From assembly GCA_965112155.1 (NCBI GenBank), contig OZ218107.1: 64,000 nt of DNA; one strand, given 5' to 3'. The position numbers were made by a program, and so were the translations under genes. Below the pieces are notes generated by a model, which was not told the DNA's origin, did no database searches, and saw only the letters and a program-made list of their open reading frames with translations. Source of the stretch: Podarcis liolepis (Eukaryota). Positions 1 to 12,220 of this stretch are shown piece after piece (position 1 is the stretch's first letter; every line of letters begins with the position of its first letter).

Positions 1-593
1 TGGATCCACAGAGCAGCCTTCACACATTTGAGAGCCTTGTTTGTCTTAGGTATGGAACCTGAGAACAATTTTACTTTTTTTGGTCAATTATTAAACTGTG
101 ATTGTTTCATTCAACATATATGAGAGCAGGGGCCCAATCCTTTCTTGCTTGAAAACATTTGAAAAGAAAATGCTATGATTTATATATGCAAACACAAATT
201 CATATACATGCTTTGTACTTAGTTTCGCTTTAGTCTTGTAATAAGTGATCTTTACAATACAATCCCATCAAATGCCAGCTACTCTGTGATTCTCAGGGAG
301 GTCGCAGAGAAATTATCTGGAATTATGCAGCCACTGAAATAAATTGCAAACCTTTAGTTTGTTTCAGGAAGGCCATTTCTCAACCCTGTAACTCAGCACT
401 GGTAGATAAGATAAAGCAATATAGTGTTCTACCTAACCTTCAGTCACTTTGGGTCTGACTTGAAAACCGAGTCGGGTTTTCCGGCTCAAGCCCTTTGGTA
501 ATTAAAAGTGTATGTAGTTATAGAGGGGGAAAGAGGGAGATAAAATGAAATGAGAACTGATGAGTATAGGATTCAATAAAAATCTCAATCAAA

Positions 594-1130
594 TTTCACA
601 TATGGTGGATATGTGAACATATAAAGCCCTTCTGGCAGAAGGCATTTACAGAAATAAGCTATATTACGGGTCAGCATGTGGAAAACACCTCAAGTTTGGG
701 TTTAACTATTTTTAAAGAAGGGCAATCTGACCTTTCTTACAACAAACTAATTACTTTTCTTTTTGTAGCAGCACGCCTACTAGAGGCACAGAAATGGAAA
801 GGATTGGAACGTCTGTGTGTATCTCATTGAAAATAGAATGTATGGTCTATTGCTCTATCAGAAAAGAATAACAAAGAGATTACATGCATTGAATAATAGT
901 AGATGATTTTGTTGAAATTGTGTTTTCAACATGCTTTTATAAAATATAACCCTGAAGAATAGCAACCACCAAAATTACAGATTGGCCTTGGGCGAACTTA
1001 ATTAGATTAATCTGTCCTGTAGGGGGTAAGTTGGGATTTTGTTTTGGTATCTGTTTCCTTTTTTTGTAATCGTTGTTATATATTGGAAATCAATAAAACT
1101 AAATTTATTTATTTTTTAAAAAAGAAAGAA
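594..1130 (+). mobile_element. L1-clade LINE 3' fragment (ORF2 C-terminus, 3' UTR, A-rich tail)
   Basis: Frame from 594 reads FHIWWICEHIKPFWQKAF...FLFVAARLLEAQKWK, the HxWWxC...FW and AARL...W motifs of non-mammalian L1 ORF2. Followed by AATAAA (~1092) and an A-rich tail. Confidence 0.7.
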
Positions 1131-2982
1131 ACTGGTGAAAAGGCTGATTCAGAAGAGAAGAGAGTCAAAGTTGATCCAGCATATTTCAGCTGATACTTTA
1201 TACTGAGCCAGCACTGTGGGTATATCAGAGTCTGAAGCCATCAAGCAGGCAGGGTTCAGAAGCCTGCTACCCTACCAAAAAGCTGGTCTAATAAAAGATT
1301 TCATATGTCAGATTCTTGAATCCTGGATCCTTTGAGATGTATGGATATTTGCCAGGCTTTCATCCACACAGACAAGGGAAATGAAGGGAGGGAAGAAGGA
1401 ATGTTGCATTAAAGAACAGCTAAAATTAGCTAAATTGTACCAACCTCTTTCTAAAATTGAGGAACAGCTTGTGGGAGAATGCTCTCTAGTCCTCCAGAAT
1501 GAACCATTTTAATTCCTGCTCTGAAGGGATCTTGCCCTTGCCACACTGTATGTCAGGTTTGGTTACTTGCTTATAGATGTCAGTAGCCTCTGCTGCCCTG
1601 GCTCCTCACTGACTGAGTGTATTGTTATTTATTATTATTAGTTTCAGTTATCAGTGCCCAAAGTGAACATGGCATTTTACAGACAAATAAAAAATATCAG
1701 GAATTTATCCCAAATAGTCTTCTATCTAAATGAAGCATTGCACTCTTACATGAATGACACTATCTTCTTGCATTTTTCTTTGTGTGGAACCCATTGCAGG
1801 GGGGTGGGGGCAGGCAGGCTGGTCCTGGATAAGACTACACATGATGGAGAAGATTATGGCAATAAAATATAAGTTTAATTTCCCCCCATGAGGCTTAGAT
1901 TGCCGAAGAGTGAGGCAGACTTGAAAGAGCAGAATGATAATGATTTTCAGAGTGGTGGAGCTGATGGGGACTATCTAAGGAGTTATTTCACAGTTAGTCC
2001 GATATACCAGCTAAAGGTATTGAATTGTGTCTCCCAAACATAACTGCCCTGCTGAAAGTAACTCTGCCATTTAATTCAAACTGTTTTCTCTCTCCATTTT
2101 ATTCAACTTCTGCCCATGCCATTATCCCATGCCTTCTGCTATCCCACCCCTCTAATCTTATGTACCTGCAACTGTGTATCATATTGTAATGTCTGTTAAA
2201 ACAACATAACAGCATCTGATCAACATTAGAACTGACTCCTCCAAACTTTGGAAGATCTGTTAGTCCCTGCAGCCTTACTAGAAGTTGCCATTGTCCCACA
2301 GAATCATGATGGATCATGTGCAAGAGCAGTGGCAGACTTGGTACTATGGTACCCTGTGCAAGGCCAAAATTTGGTTCCCCCAGTCCTTCCCAAAGGCAGG
2401 TAAGGAGGCACTCAGCTTTTGGAAGGAGGTGTGAGGGCTTGTTAGGATTGAAGAAGAGGAGCCCATCCACCTCCTTCCAAAAGTACTAACTAGACATTGG
2501 GAAGAAGGCATGAGTACTCTCGGACCCTGCCAGAGCCTCACACCTCCTTCCCAAACCCCAATGCCTCATCTACCAGGCTTTGAGATGGTGCCTGCTCGCA
2601 CAGCCCTAAATCTGCCCCTGGCAAGAAAATGCAACCTGCTGCTACTGCGTTCTGTGGGGAAGGATTTTTTGTTTTTGTTTCAGGAAACCTCTCAGTACAG
2701 CTTATTAATCAGAAGCACTAACAGCTATAACCTCCCAATCCTGCATTTTGTCAATTTATATAACCTAACCATGCTGGAAAGTATTGCCAGTGAAAGAATC
2801 TTAAATACAGACCTCTACCCCCCCCCCCCAGTAAAGACTTAGGAATAGGCCTGATAGGATTTTGGTATTTTGCATATGCACACATTGGCCTCAAAATCAC
2901 ACCCCTTATTCTTAAATCATACCCAGTCATTATGTTACGCAGATTTTAGAAAAGGAACATTTCTATAAGAACAGGTAGTCTC

Positions 2983-3127
2983 CAGTGCTTTTTTCTAAAA
3001 AATTTTTTGGGGTACCCTCATTTTTCTACTCATATTGAAATACTGCCCCTCAATAAGGCCAAACTTAGATTCATAAAATGTTTAGGGGTATGCTTACCCC
3101 TGCGTCGCCTCAGAAAAAAAATCACTG
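2983..3127. mobile_element. hAT-type MITE (~145 bp), copy 1
   Basis: TIRs cagtgctttttt...aaaaaatcactg; reverse-complement homologue of 9534-9679; degenerate 8-bp flanks gtagtctc/gtcatctt. Confidence 0.8.
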
Positions 3128-3723
3128 GTCATCTTCAAACTTAGGATCCAGAGCTCTCCAAATCTAGAACTGTGTTTTCCATAATGCTACATGCCATTAG
3201 TAATAGGCCTGTGCATTCTTACAGTTTTATTGATATTTGCATTACAGGTGACCTTTATAAAAGTACAGTGTTAAATAAAGTTCTCGTAGCATTTTGGTTT
3301 ATTAGTTTGATATCCTGGCTAAATTCCAGCCTCAGTAATTCTGCTCACCAGAATTCTCCCTGCAGGTTCAATTGAAAAAGTTATTCTTCATTTCTTCCTG
3401 TGACATAAGTTCAAAGTAATTGTGGAATGTTTCATTGCTGTACTAAACCAAGCTACCTTCTATCACACAGAAAGCTGCATTTTAAGAGTGGAAGGTATGT
3501 CATTTTAGAGGAAAGGAATAGTGAATAATAAATAGTTTTCCTAAATTGGTACTGCTGTGTCTTTGCGAATAGACATGTTTTGCATGAAGAAAACCAATTA
3601 TTCAAATATATGCACAAGCCAAATTTACACATATAATGCGGTATATAAGCAAAACAGAGAATTTCCTTTCCAGTTTGCTGTTTCAGCTTGATTGTTTTGG
3701 TCAGGAAAAGATCAAGATGCCAC

Positions 3724-4060
3724 TTGGCGCTGTGGGTTAAACCACAGAGTCTAGGACTTGCTGATCAGAAGGTCGGCGGTTCGAATCCCCGTGACGGGGT
3801 GAGCTCCCGTTGCTCGGTCCCTGCTCCTACCAACCTAGCAGTTTGAAAGCACGTCAAAGTGCAAGTAGATAAATAGGTACCGCTCCGGCGGGAAGGTAAA
3901 CGGCATTTCTGTGCGCTGCTCTGGTTCGCCAGAAGCCGCTTAGTCATGCTGGCCACATGACCCAGAAGCTGTACGCCGGCTCCCTTGGCCAATAAAGCGA
4001 GATGAGCGCCGCAACCCCAGAGTCGGTCACGACTGGACCTAATGGTCAGGGGTCCTTTAT
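3724..4060 (+). mobile_element. Sauria SINE (tRNA-derived head, BovB-related tail)
   Basis: tggcgctgtgggttaaaccacagag...ggttcgaatccc (A/B boxes)...gtgcaagtagataaataggtaccgct...ccagagtcggtcacgactggacctaatggtcaggggtccttt; paralogue at 17187-17542. Confidence 0.9.
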
Positions 4061-4104
4061 CTAATTCTGCACAGATGCTGAGCCCCACATACTTGATGGG
4101 ACAG

Positions 4105-4776
4105 AAGCTTGATGTTGATATCAGGAAAGGTCCTAGAACACATAATTAAACCGTAGGTCTGTGAGCACTTAGAAAAGGATGCTGCGATTACTAAGACCAG
4201 GGGTCGGCAAGGTTTACCTAAACCGGTGCAGTGCATTTAACTAAACCGGCACAGCACGGCGAGGGAACTCGCTTCCGCGGTGCCAGAAATCGCATCTGCG
4301 CAGACACGATTTCTGGCACCGCAGAAGTGAGTCCCCACGCCGCACTGCATCGGTTTAGTGCAGCGTGCGGGGACTTGCCAAGTGGGCGGCTCGGTTTGGG
4401 GGCGGCTCATGGGCCGGTTAAATGACCCCCGTGGGCCGCTTGTGGCCCATGAGCCTTAGGTTGCCTACCCCTGACTAAGACCTACCGTGGGTTTCTCAAA
4501 AACATGTCATGCCAGATGAATCTCATTTCTGTTTTTGATAGAGTTGCAAGCTTGGTGGATCAGGGGAACGTTGTGGACAAAATGGTTTTTTTTTTCTTTC
4601 AGTAAGGCTTTTGGCAAAGTCCTCCATGATATTCTTGCAGAGAAGCTGTTAAAATGTGGACTGGATGAGGTAACTGTTAGGTGGATTTGTAGCAGGTTGA
4701 CTGGCTGAACCCAAAGAGTGCTCATGAATGGTTCCTCACCATCCTGGGAAAAATAACAAGTGGGGTGCCGCAGGGT
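4105..4776 (+). mobile_element. CR1 LINE reverse-transcriptase fragment, interrupted by a hAT MITE
   Basis: Degenerate translation GKVLEHIIK..VCEHLEKDAAITK | GFLKNMSCQMNLISVFDRVASLVDQGNVVD..FSKAFGKVLHDILAEKLLKCGLDEVTVRWI..QRVLMNGS..TSGVPQG, typical of CR1 RT. Confidence 0.85.
4198..4473. mobile_element. hAT (Charlie-like) MITE, 276 bp, with internal palindrome
   Basis: TIRs caggggtcggcaa / ttgcctacccctg; perfect 8-bp TSD actaagac (4190-4197, 4474-4481); CpG-rich. Confidence 0.92.
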
Positions 4777-6689
4777 GAAGAATCATACCCTTAATTTCAT
4801 GGCTATGTTGGCTGACTTGAAAACATATTGGTGGGCAGCTGAATTTTTCTTTTTAAAGAAAACTTCTAATAAAATTATTCATAACTTTGATTTAAACATA
4901 TTAAACTGCTAGATAGATTTTTCCTGTTTCATATTGAAACTGTTATACCCTTAGGCTATCTCCACAAGTACCACAATATTTCTGGCTATAGATGTGGTTG
5001 AGTTATGGTTGCATTACAGATTTCCCTATTGTCCGTGTAAGTTCCTGGGCTGTTAGAATCTACCCTTTCTGCTTTAGAGAGTACTTCAATGTAGCTGCAG
5101 TGTGAAGAGACGACTGTCAAAGCTACTCACAGCATTGCAACTAGCCGTTGCATAACCAAGTGCAATACGCTAAGAATACTTAGGGGAGTCACAGGAGAAT
5201 GGCAAAAAATAACATTAAATGTGTGAAAGAGCATGTGTGGTGTGCATTAATCAGCTGTCAGAGTAGTGAGGACTGCATTTCCCTTGTAAAAGAACTTAAT
5301 TTACTGACTTGTAATTAGAGGGAATAGTCCTGCTACAATGAAGTTAGCTATTCATTTTGTTACGTTCTCAAAGTCTTCTTTCCCCCTCTTTATTAGCTTG
5401 TTCTATGAACAGAAGTCCAGAGCAATAAAAATCGATGGATATGTCATCCACTCATTTCTTTCAGCCTTTAAGTGGATTTGGATCCTTCTTTGAATTGTAA
5501 TTATGCATTTGTTTGTTTTGTTTATTAATGACAGGACAATGTGTACAGTCCTGAGAATGACATGTTGAGGGTTATGGGTGAAGTGTGCGCACGTATATTT
5601 GCATTTTATTTTAGGAGTGTTAAACTATAGCAATGTAAATGATAATTAAACGATCAATGCATTACTGTATAAGCAAGATGCTTTATGAGTTCTGCTTTGA
5701 GCAAATGGAATGTTAAAAAGTTGTGTTAGGCTCTTTGTCTTTTAACCCAGGGGCTGCATCTAGGCCATGATGCCAGCCTGCTCTAGTGGCTCCATCCCTT
5801 CTGCCATTGGTGGAGCCTGGTTAGTGAAATACACAGGAGTTAATTTGCATCAACATTCAGCTGCCATTGCCCAGCAGCTGGTCAGAGTCGGGTGACAGAT
5901 ACATAGGCCAGATTAGGTGCATGCACATGTTGACCATTAATGATTCTGTCCAGTATACTGCTTTTTTCCCACTTCATGCACCACTTCCTCTCAGTGTGTC
6001 TAAATGAGAGAAAATGAAAAAAACCCCCACCATACTGAAACTGCTCTACCACCCTTTGTTAAGGGGAGGGGGAAGAGGAAGAGAAGGAAAACTGGAGTGA
6101 TGGAGGGTGGGAGAGGTGGGGGAAGAGCTGAGAAAGTGGCACAGAGAGGGGGACGAAGGGGAGCAGAGGAGAGGGACAGATGAACCAGGTAGCTCCACCT
6201 GCTTTTGGCTCTGCCCATTAATGGCTCTGCCCCCCTGGACTTTCTGTGGGTCAACTTCCTGAATTGAAAAAATGTTTCATCACCTTGCACTGCAGTCCTA
6301 GCACTTACTTTATTAGTTATAGATTGCCATCAATATAAATCCAGGAATTTGTTACTTTGGCTATTGAAATTTATCTGGTTTGTAATGGAAATGAGTGAAG
6401 ATTTGGGTGTGGGTCATGAAGCAACAAATTCCAGAGGTTCCCCTTGCATTCCTTCAATCAGCTTCTGGCATAGCAGAAGGACAAGAGCTGTTTTAGCGTG
6501 ATGTAATGGAAATCCCGACACCTGGGATGTTTTGTACACTGTAGATATAGAATTAGAGACTAGACCAGATCATAAATCTGAGAGGTATTCTTCAGTTATT
6601 TTAATTGGATGAGTAACATGAAACTCTAGTTTGTGCATATGACTAGACAATACTTCTGTTTTTGCTGATACTGACTGCATCTGCGTCCA

Positions 6690-6830
6690 CAGGGCAAACC
6701 TCACTGCTATGATTTTCAGGCTGGTAAGACAATAGTAGCAACATGTACCTTACTGAGGAGCTCTGAGGATTAATTAGTTGCTGCTTGTAAAGTGCTTTGC
6801 AGATGAAAAGAGCTCAATGTTATTAAAACA
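6690..6830 (+). mobile_element. Ancient MIR/CORE-like SINE remnant
   Basis: gtaagacaatagtagcaacatgtaccttactgaggagctctgaggattaattag...ttgtaaagtgctttg resembles the MIR core and 3' region. Confidence 0.45.
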
Positions 6831-7641
6831 AGACACACTAAAGTATCCTGTAGGGAGTCATCTGGCACTAGCAGGGTTGCACTGATGACCTCATAGGTCT
6901 TCTTCATCACTTCAGTGCTTAGAAAAAGAAGCCAGCATTTCCAGGGAGTGAATCAAAATTATATCAGCAGCTCCATTAGCTTGAAGGCTTGGAGGTAACT
7001 GATCTTCCGCCTCGAGAGCAAAAGTAATCACCTGAAGATGCTAAGAAAGGAAGATACGGTACATAACTGGCTGTGTCGCCTGCTGACTGATGTCTTCCTT
7101 CAAATAAAATTAGGATTGGCAAAAAGTTATCACTAGCAATTCTACAGCCTGAAATCTTGCATTTATCTCCACAAGGACTACATTATGGTCATGTAAATAA
7201 TACTGGAACAAAAGATACTTCAGATTGACCTGGAGCGACTGTGTTAGCTGGAGGGAGGGAAGTCCTGCCTTCTTTCTCCTTTCCCCTTATCTTTAGAATC
7301 TTTTGCATAAAGGCTGGTGGCAGGTTCTTTTGCAAAACTGACTGGAAGTGGACACAGGTTTTGGCACAAACAAAGTTTAGATTCCAGACACGCTCATTTC
7401 AAGGGGATGAGCAGAGGACCCTGATGCTGTGTCACTGATGAACATGTAATTCTGGGTTAGAACAACAGTGTAATTATGTCTTGGGTATCCTCTCTTTTTT
7501 ACCACTGTCATTTAATTCTTTTTCCTGCTCTTATTAAGCTTCCAGATATAGGCTAACATCAAAGAGCTTTCTCTAGTTACCACTAAAGTTGAAGCAACAA
7601 GTCCAGTTAATGAACTTTAAATTGAAATTGAGCAAGAGATT

Positions 7642-7842
7642 GGGGGAGTGGGGCAGAATTCAATGGTAGAGCACATATACTGCATGCAGAATGTCCTCTA
7701 GTTAACCTCTAGTTAAAAGGAGCTTAGGTAGAAGGGCTGAGAAAAGACTCCTGGCTGAAACCCTGGAGAGTCTCTGCTGTAGCCTGTGCTGAGCTAGATG
7801 GACAAATGGTCTGTTCTAACCTAAAGCAGCTGCATGTGTTCA
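7642..7842 (+). mobile_element. Squam3-type tRNA-derived SINE (old), ending ~85 bp upstream of the splice acceptor
   Basis: caatggtagagcac...tgcatgcagaa head; aaaccctggagagtctctgctg...gagctagatggacaaatggtctg...gcagctgcatgtgttc tail; related copies at 17955, 18791, 30922, 37830. Confidence 0.7.
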
Positions 7843-7899
7843 ACATGGCCAGTGCTCTGATCCATAAAGGGAGCAAATAATAAGGACACTAACATGACT

Positions 7900-7927
7900 A
7901 TTTTTCCTCTTTTTTCCTTCTTTCTAG
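7900..7927 (+). promoter_or_regulatory. Polypyrimidine tract and 3' splice acceptor of the GRIN2B first coding exon
   Basis: atttttcctctttttttccttctttctag immediately before the exon; possible branch point (cactaac) at about 7887-7893. Confidence 0.9.
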
Positions 7928-7945
7928 GGAGTGCAAGAGCTGAAA

Positions 7946-8356
7946 ATGAGGCCCCGAGCAGAGTGCTATTCTTCAAAGTTCTGGCTTATGCTGGCAGTCC
8001 TGGCGACAACAGGTGGTGGGGCCTGGGCCCAAAAGAACCACCCCAGCATTGGCATTGCTGTCATCTTGGTGGGTACCTCTGACGAAGTAGCTATCACAGA
8101 TGCCCACAAGAAAGATGACTTCCATCACCTCTCTCTCACGCCTCGTGTGGAACTGGTGGCCATGAATGAGACAGATCCCAAGAGCATCATCACCCGCATC
8201 TGTGATATCATGTCTGATCGGAGGGTTCAAGGTGTGGTGTTTGCTGATGACACTGACCAGGAAGCCATTGCCCAGATCCTGGACTTCATTTCTGCCCAGA
8301 CCCTCACACCCATCCTAGGTATCCATGGAGGCTCTTCCATGATCATGGCAGACAAG
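7946..8356 (+). CDS. GRIN2B: First coding exon of glutamate ionotropic receptor NMDA type subunit 2B (signal peptide plus start of amino-terminal domain, residues 1-137). Full exon is 7928-8356 including 18 nt of 5' UTR.
   Basis: Translation [20 protein letters not shown]...[18 protein letters not shown]...[15 protein letters not shown]...[43 protein letters not shown] matches the GluN2B N-terminus (GluN2B-type, not GluN2A-type, signal peptide). Acceptor: long pyrimidine tract + AG at 7926-7927. Donor AAG|GTAAAT at 8356/8357, phase 0. 411 coding nt, as in the mammalian exon ending at K137. Confidence 0.97.
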
Positions 8357-9533
8357 GTAAATTATTGCTTCTTCCCATCTCAACCATTGGAGTGGAGCTT
8401 GGAAATTTGCTTCTTCGTTCACAAAATGCATACGGTTTGTTAAAGGCACTGACAAACTCGGTCAAATGCATTGAAAGAATTCAAGCCCTGACTATCTAGA
8501 TATTTGTCACTGAGGTTCTTGGAACAAGCAGCATCTTGTCCTTGGCAAGCGAAGCAGATCTGTCCTGCTTTGCTTTCTGTCAGTTATTACCAAATACCAG
8601 GTCTGCAGAATTGGGTCTATGCATTTGGCTTCATGGGAGTGGCGGAAAAACCTTCAGAAGTTCACTCTTCTGTTCACTCACCTTCTGTGACCTTGCACAG
8701 TTACAGTTCAAGGCTGAGGACATTGTGTTGGTGTGGCAATCATTATGCCCCATTTTAATCACTCATTTGCCAGTGTTATGACTCATAATATCAGGTTAAA
8801 AAACAATTAAATGCATGTTGTTAAAAATAATGCACGAGGGTGTCAACTGGGGAGAGTGTATGTGTGTTTGTGCACTGGGTCTGCCACCAACATCCCTGCA
8901 TGTGCTCCCCTGCCACCTCCTCACCTGATGTGCAAAGATCTGAAGGAGGGCTCTAAATGCCTTCAGTTGAACATGGCTAGAATCTTCTCCAAGATTTTAA
9001 AAAAAGACCCTGCCCAATAGAAGAGAACATTCTAACTATGTTCACTAGTTAGCATCTTCTCTTGCAGAAGATCAGGAGAGGATGGGAAGGTGCACATAGG
9101 GATGTTTGGGTGTAGCCTTGGTACATTTGCTTGCCAGCATTTCCTACCCAGGGACAACTACACTACCAAACCAAGAAAGAGTGCTGTAGACCCATGACAC
9201 CCCCCCCCACACCCATAAGAAGCCTTGCTTATTTTAATTGCTTTTTCTTTAAGAAGAACATTAAGAAACCAGGATGATAAAACTGGAAGTGCCTCACATA
9301 ATCTGAATTTCCCACCAAAGACCACAGGAATAAGTATTTTGGTTTCACAAAACTGTCATGGACAAACCATTAATAAAACCAGCTTTCCTGCAAAACATTC
9401 ATTAGTTTTAAACGCATGTAAAACAAAACAAAACAGAAAATGGAATTGGTTTAACCTAACATTCCTCTGTCCCCAGGGACTGTTTTGAGGAAGTTCAGTG
9501 ATAAGCCAGAGCATCTACACATATACATATATC

Positions 9534-9679
9534 CAGTGCTTTTTTCTGGGGGGACACAGGGGTACACATACCGCTAACATTTTGTGAATCTAAGTTTGGC
9601 CTCATTGAGGGGCAGAATTTCAATTAGAGTAGGAAAATGAGAGTACCCCTAAACATTTTTTTAAAGAAAAAAAGCACTG
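9534..9679. mobile_element. hAT-type MITE (146 bp), copy 2, inverted relative to 2983-3127
   Basis: TIRs cagtgctttttt...aaaaaaagcactg; perfect 8-bp TSD catatatc (9526-9533, 9680-9687). Confidence 0.9.
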
Positions 9680-11453
9680 CATATATCAGGAGATATGAGT
9701 AGTTTTCTTCTACTTTGTAGATTATGACGATAAGCATGTGTTTTCAGAGAATCATAGAACCAGGTCCACGGATGACCTTGCTCATTCTCTGCCCAGAGGA
9801 TTGACAATCCACATGTTACAGATATCGGTCTATATAATTAGAATTATGATGTGTCATAAACACAGAGCAAGTCCACTCTAGAAAGTGTGGCCATTTTGTA
9901 GTCATTCATTCTCGTCCCCAATCTGCTTTAATATGAGAAGCTCCCCACTTTGTGGTGTTAGCACTCTCCCCCAATTCATTTGTAGAGTACTACCACCGTA
10001 TCTAAGATTAAAAACTCAATCTCATAAAGTAAGTTCTCAGTTCTGGTATTCATCTGTTGCTCTTCTGTATACCTAGTCTACTATGAAGAGGGCTTTCTAG
10101 AATGTGGACAATGGTAAATGATATTCAATCTACCAGCAGTTTGTATGCAGCTAACTATGTTTTTGATCCCACTAGCAATACCCTGCTTAATATATCTAAG
10201 ACATATGCTGCCTTGTTTCTTCTTTCCCTTCCAGCTGAAGAGTCTCAAGTGATAACCAACATGTTTATTCTTTGTGTCCTTCCAGATTGGTGTTTTATTG
10301 TGGGTGTATTCTGCAACATGCTCTTAACACAACAATAGTGCATTAGTGGTGGATTTATTCTTTATTTATGCTTTATTCTCAATGCACCTCCATTACTACC
10401 ACATTATTTCTTTCTGCTGGACAAAATAAATAAATAACCAGAACATTTGTGGTATGAAAAGTTACTGGATTTTCAGCATGAAACTACAGTGAATGTGCTG
10501 ATTGGAAATGAAGCAGTATGACCACTCCAAAACCTTTGCAGGAACAAGCAGTATTAAAAGCAGGATTGTCTACATAATGTATAGCATTATGAGCACAAAT
10601 AATCATAAATGTGCAATAAAAAAAAATCTGCTGAAGTCTTGCATCTCTAGTGTAATGGCATAGGACCCTTTTATACATCCAGTAGAAAAAAGTAGCAGAG
10701 CTTTTCTGGATTGCCCCACTTTAGGCTGTGGGTGGGGGAGGCTGCATGTTTGAACGCTATCCTATGGATGAAATTCCCTGAAAATAAGAGAAAAACCCCC
10801 ACACTGTCAGGGAGAAGGCTAGGTTGAATCAATCTCTCCAACATACTAGTTTTGTATGTGCAATAAGTTTTAATGATGGGAAGTGGTCATACTGGTGTTT
10901 CCTGCCATTTGCATCCTAGAGTGATACAATCCTGGAAAAGATTTGCCATCTGATTTTGCTAAGCATATAAGCTGGCCCATACTGCTTTGTATTACTGGAT
11001 AGCATATCATGGTGGGATGCTAAGGATAGCTGAGAGATGGAGGAGGTATGTTCCTTTGCACTGCCTGGCTGAGAGATAAAATGGCACTGGCAGCTATAAG
11101 GACTTGAGGCCAGGGAGCCATTGAAAGAGGCAGTGTCTGTAGCAGTTCCATCTTACAGTCATGTCCATTGTATAAGGTGGTGTCAATGTCATTTCTGGGT
11201 TAAGCACTCGTAGAGCTATGTTCTCACCATGCTGCAGAGAGACCTAGTGGGGCACAGCTTCCTTCCCTTCCCACCAGGACATGCAGTGAATTGGTTGGGC
11301 AGTGGGCATGGGTTTTCCCCTTCTGCACACCTAGAAATGAGCACCAACAGTTTCTGTGGCTCCTGCTAGCCACCAAAGGTGCCAAAGACATGGGGAAGGA
11401 AAAAGTAGGACCAGGCCCAAAGATGCTTCACCAAGAATTTGGTTAAGGTGCTG

Positions 11454-11455
<2 letters not shown>

Positions 11456-11491
<36 letters not shown>
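11456..11491. repeat. (AC)n microsatellite
   Basis: Direct reading. Confidence 0.95.
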
Positions 11492-11493
<2 letters not shown>

Positions 11494-11856
11494 ATTGTTT
11501 TTTAAAAAAATCAGTTTGTGATTTCAGCTTCTTCCTTCTACCACCTGTTGGGTCAAAGACTATGAGACTTCCACTGGCTTATGAGAGGATCTGCTCAGGA
11601 GTTGGGGGACTTCCAGCTCAATTGAAAAATCTCCTGCTGGGCATCTTCAGCATATCACCACTCATGGCTTTCCATGAACCTGGATCTGTAATGTAGACAC
11701 ATGGCCCAGCAGGACACAGGGTGGTATTCAACTAAGTTTTACTCAGAGAAGGCCTGTTGATATTAATGAACATAGTTTAGTCATGTTTATTAATTTCTAC
11801 TCCAAGTAAAACTTAGTTGAATTCCACCACCAGAGCATACTGGTCTCAAAATATCA

Positions 11857-12220
11857 GCACTGTTTGCCAATTCACTATGCATCCCAATTGAAGGTGTTAA
11901 TGTTGACATATAAAGTCCTAAATGACTTGCTCCCCAAATATCTGAAGGATTGCCTCCTCCCAAATCTACTTGCCTTGGTATTAACATCACCAGGGGAGGC
12001 CCAGTTGGTCGTGCCACCACCTGCTGTGGTTCAAGGAGTCCGCAGCACATGAGAGGGTCTTCTCCGTGGTGGGCCATAGGTTGTGGAATGAGTTGGACGT
12101 CGTTGCTGTTTTATTTATTTCAATTCTACATTGGACTTATTTTAATTATGGCATTTTTGTAACCTGCCCTGAGACTCATTGGTGAATAGCAGGCTATAAC
12201 TAAAATCAGGTAAATAATAA
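11857..12220 (+). mobile_element. L2 LINE 3' fragment (degenerate)
   Basis: LPIHYASQLKVLMLTYKVLNDLLPKYLKDCL aligns with the HWLPV..FKVLVLTFK..GP.YLK.RL motif of the L2 at 47608; 3' tail ttgtaacctgccctgagac...aaataataa. Confidence 0.7.

Noticed and set aside
2370-2406. Possible 5' UTR exon donor or recursive splice site (cag|gtaagg at 2400/2401)
   Set aside because: Such motifs are common by chance, the pyrimidine tract is weak, and no exon can be defined without RNA data.
7931-8443. 170-aa ORF taken as a complete protein (GTG start, tail VNYCFFPSQ...)
   Set aside because: The true start is the ATG at 7946 and similarity to GluN2B stops at the GT donor at 8357; the rest is intron read-through.
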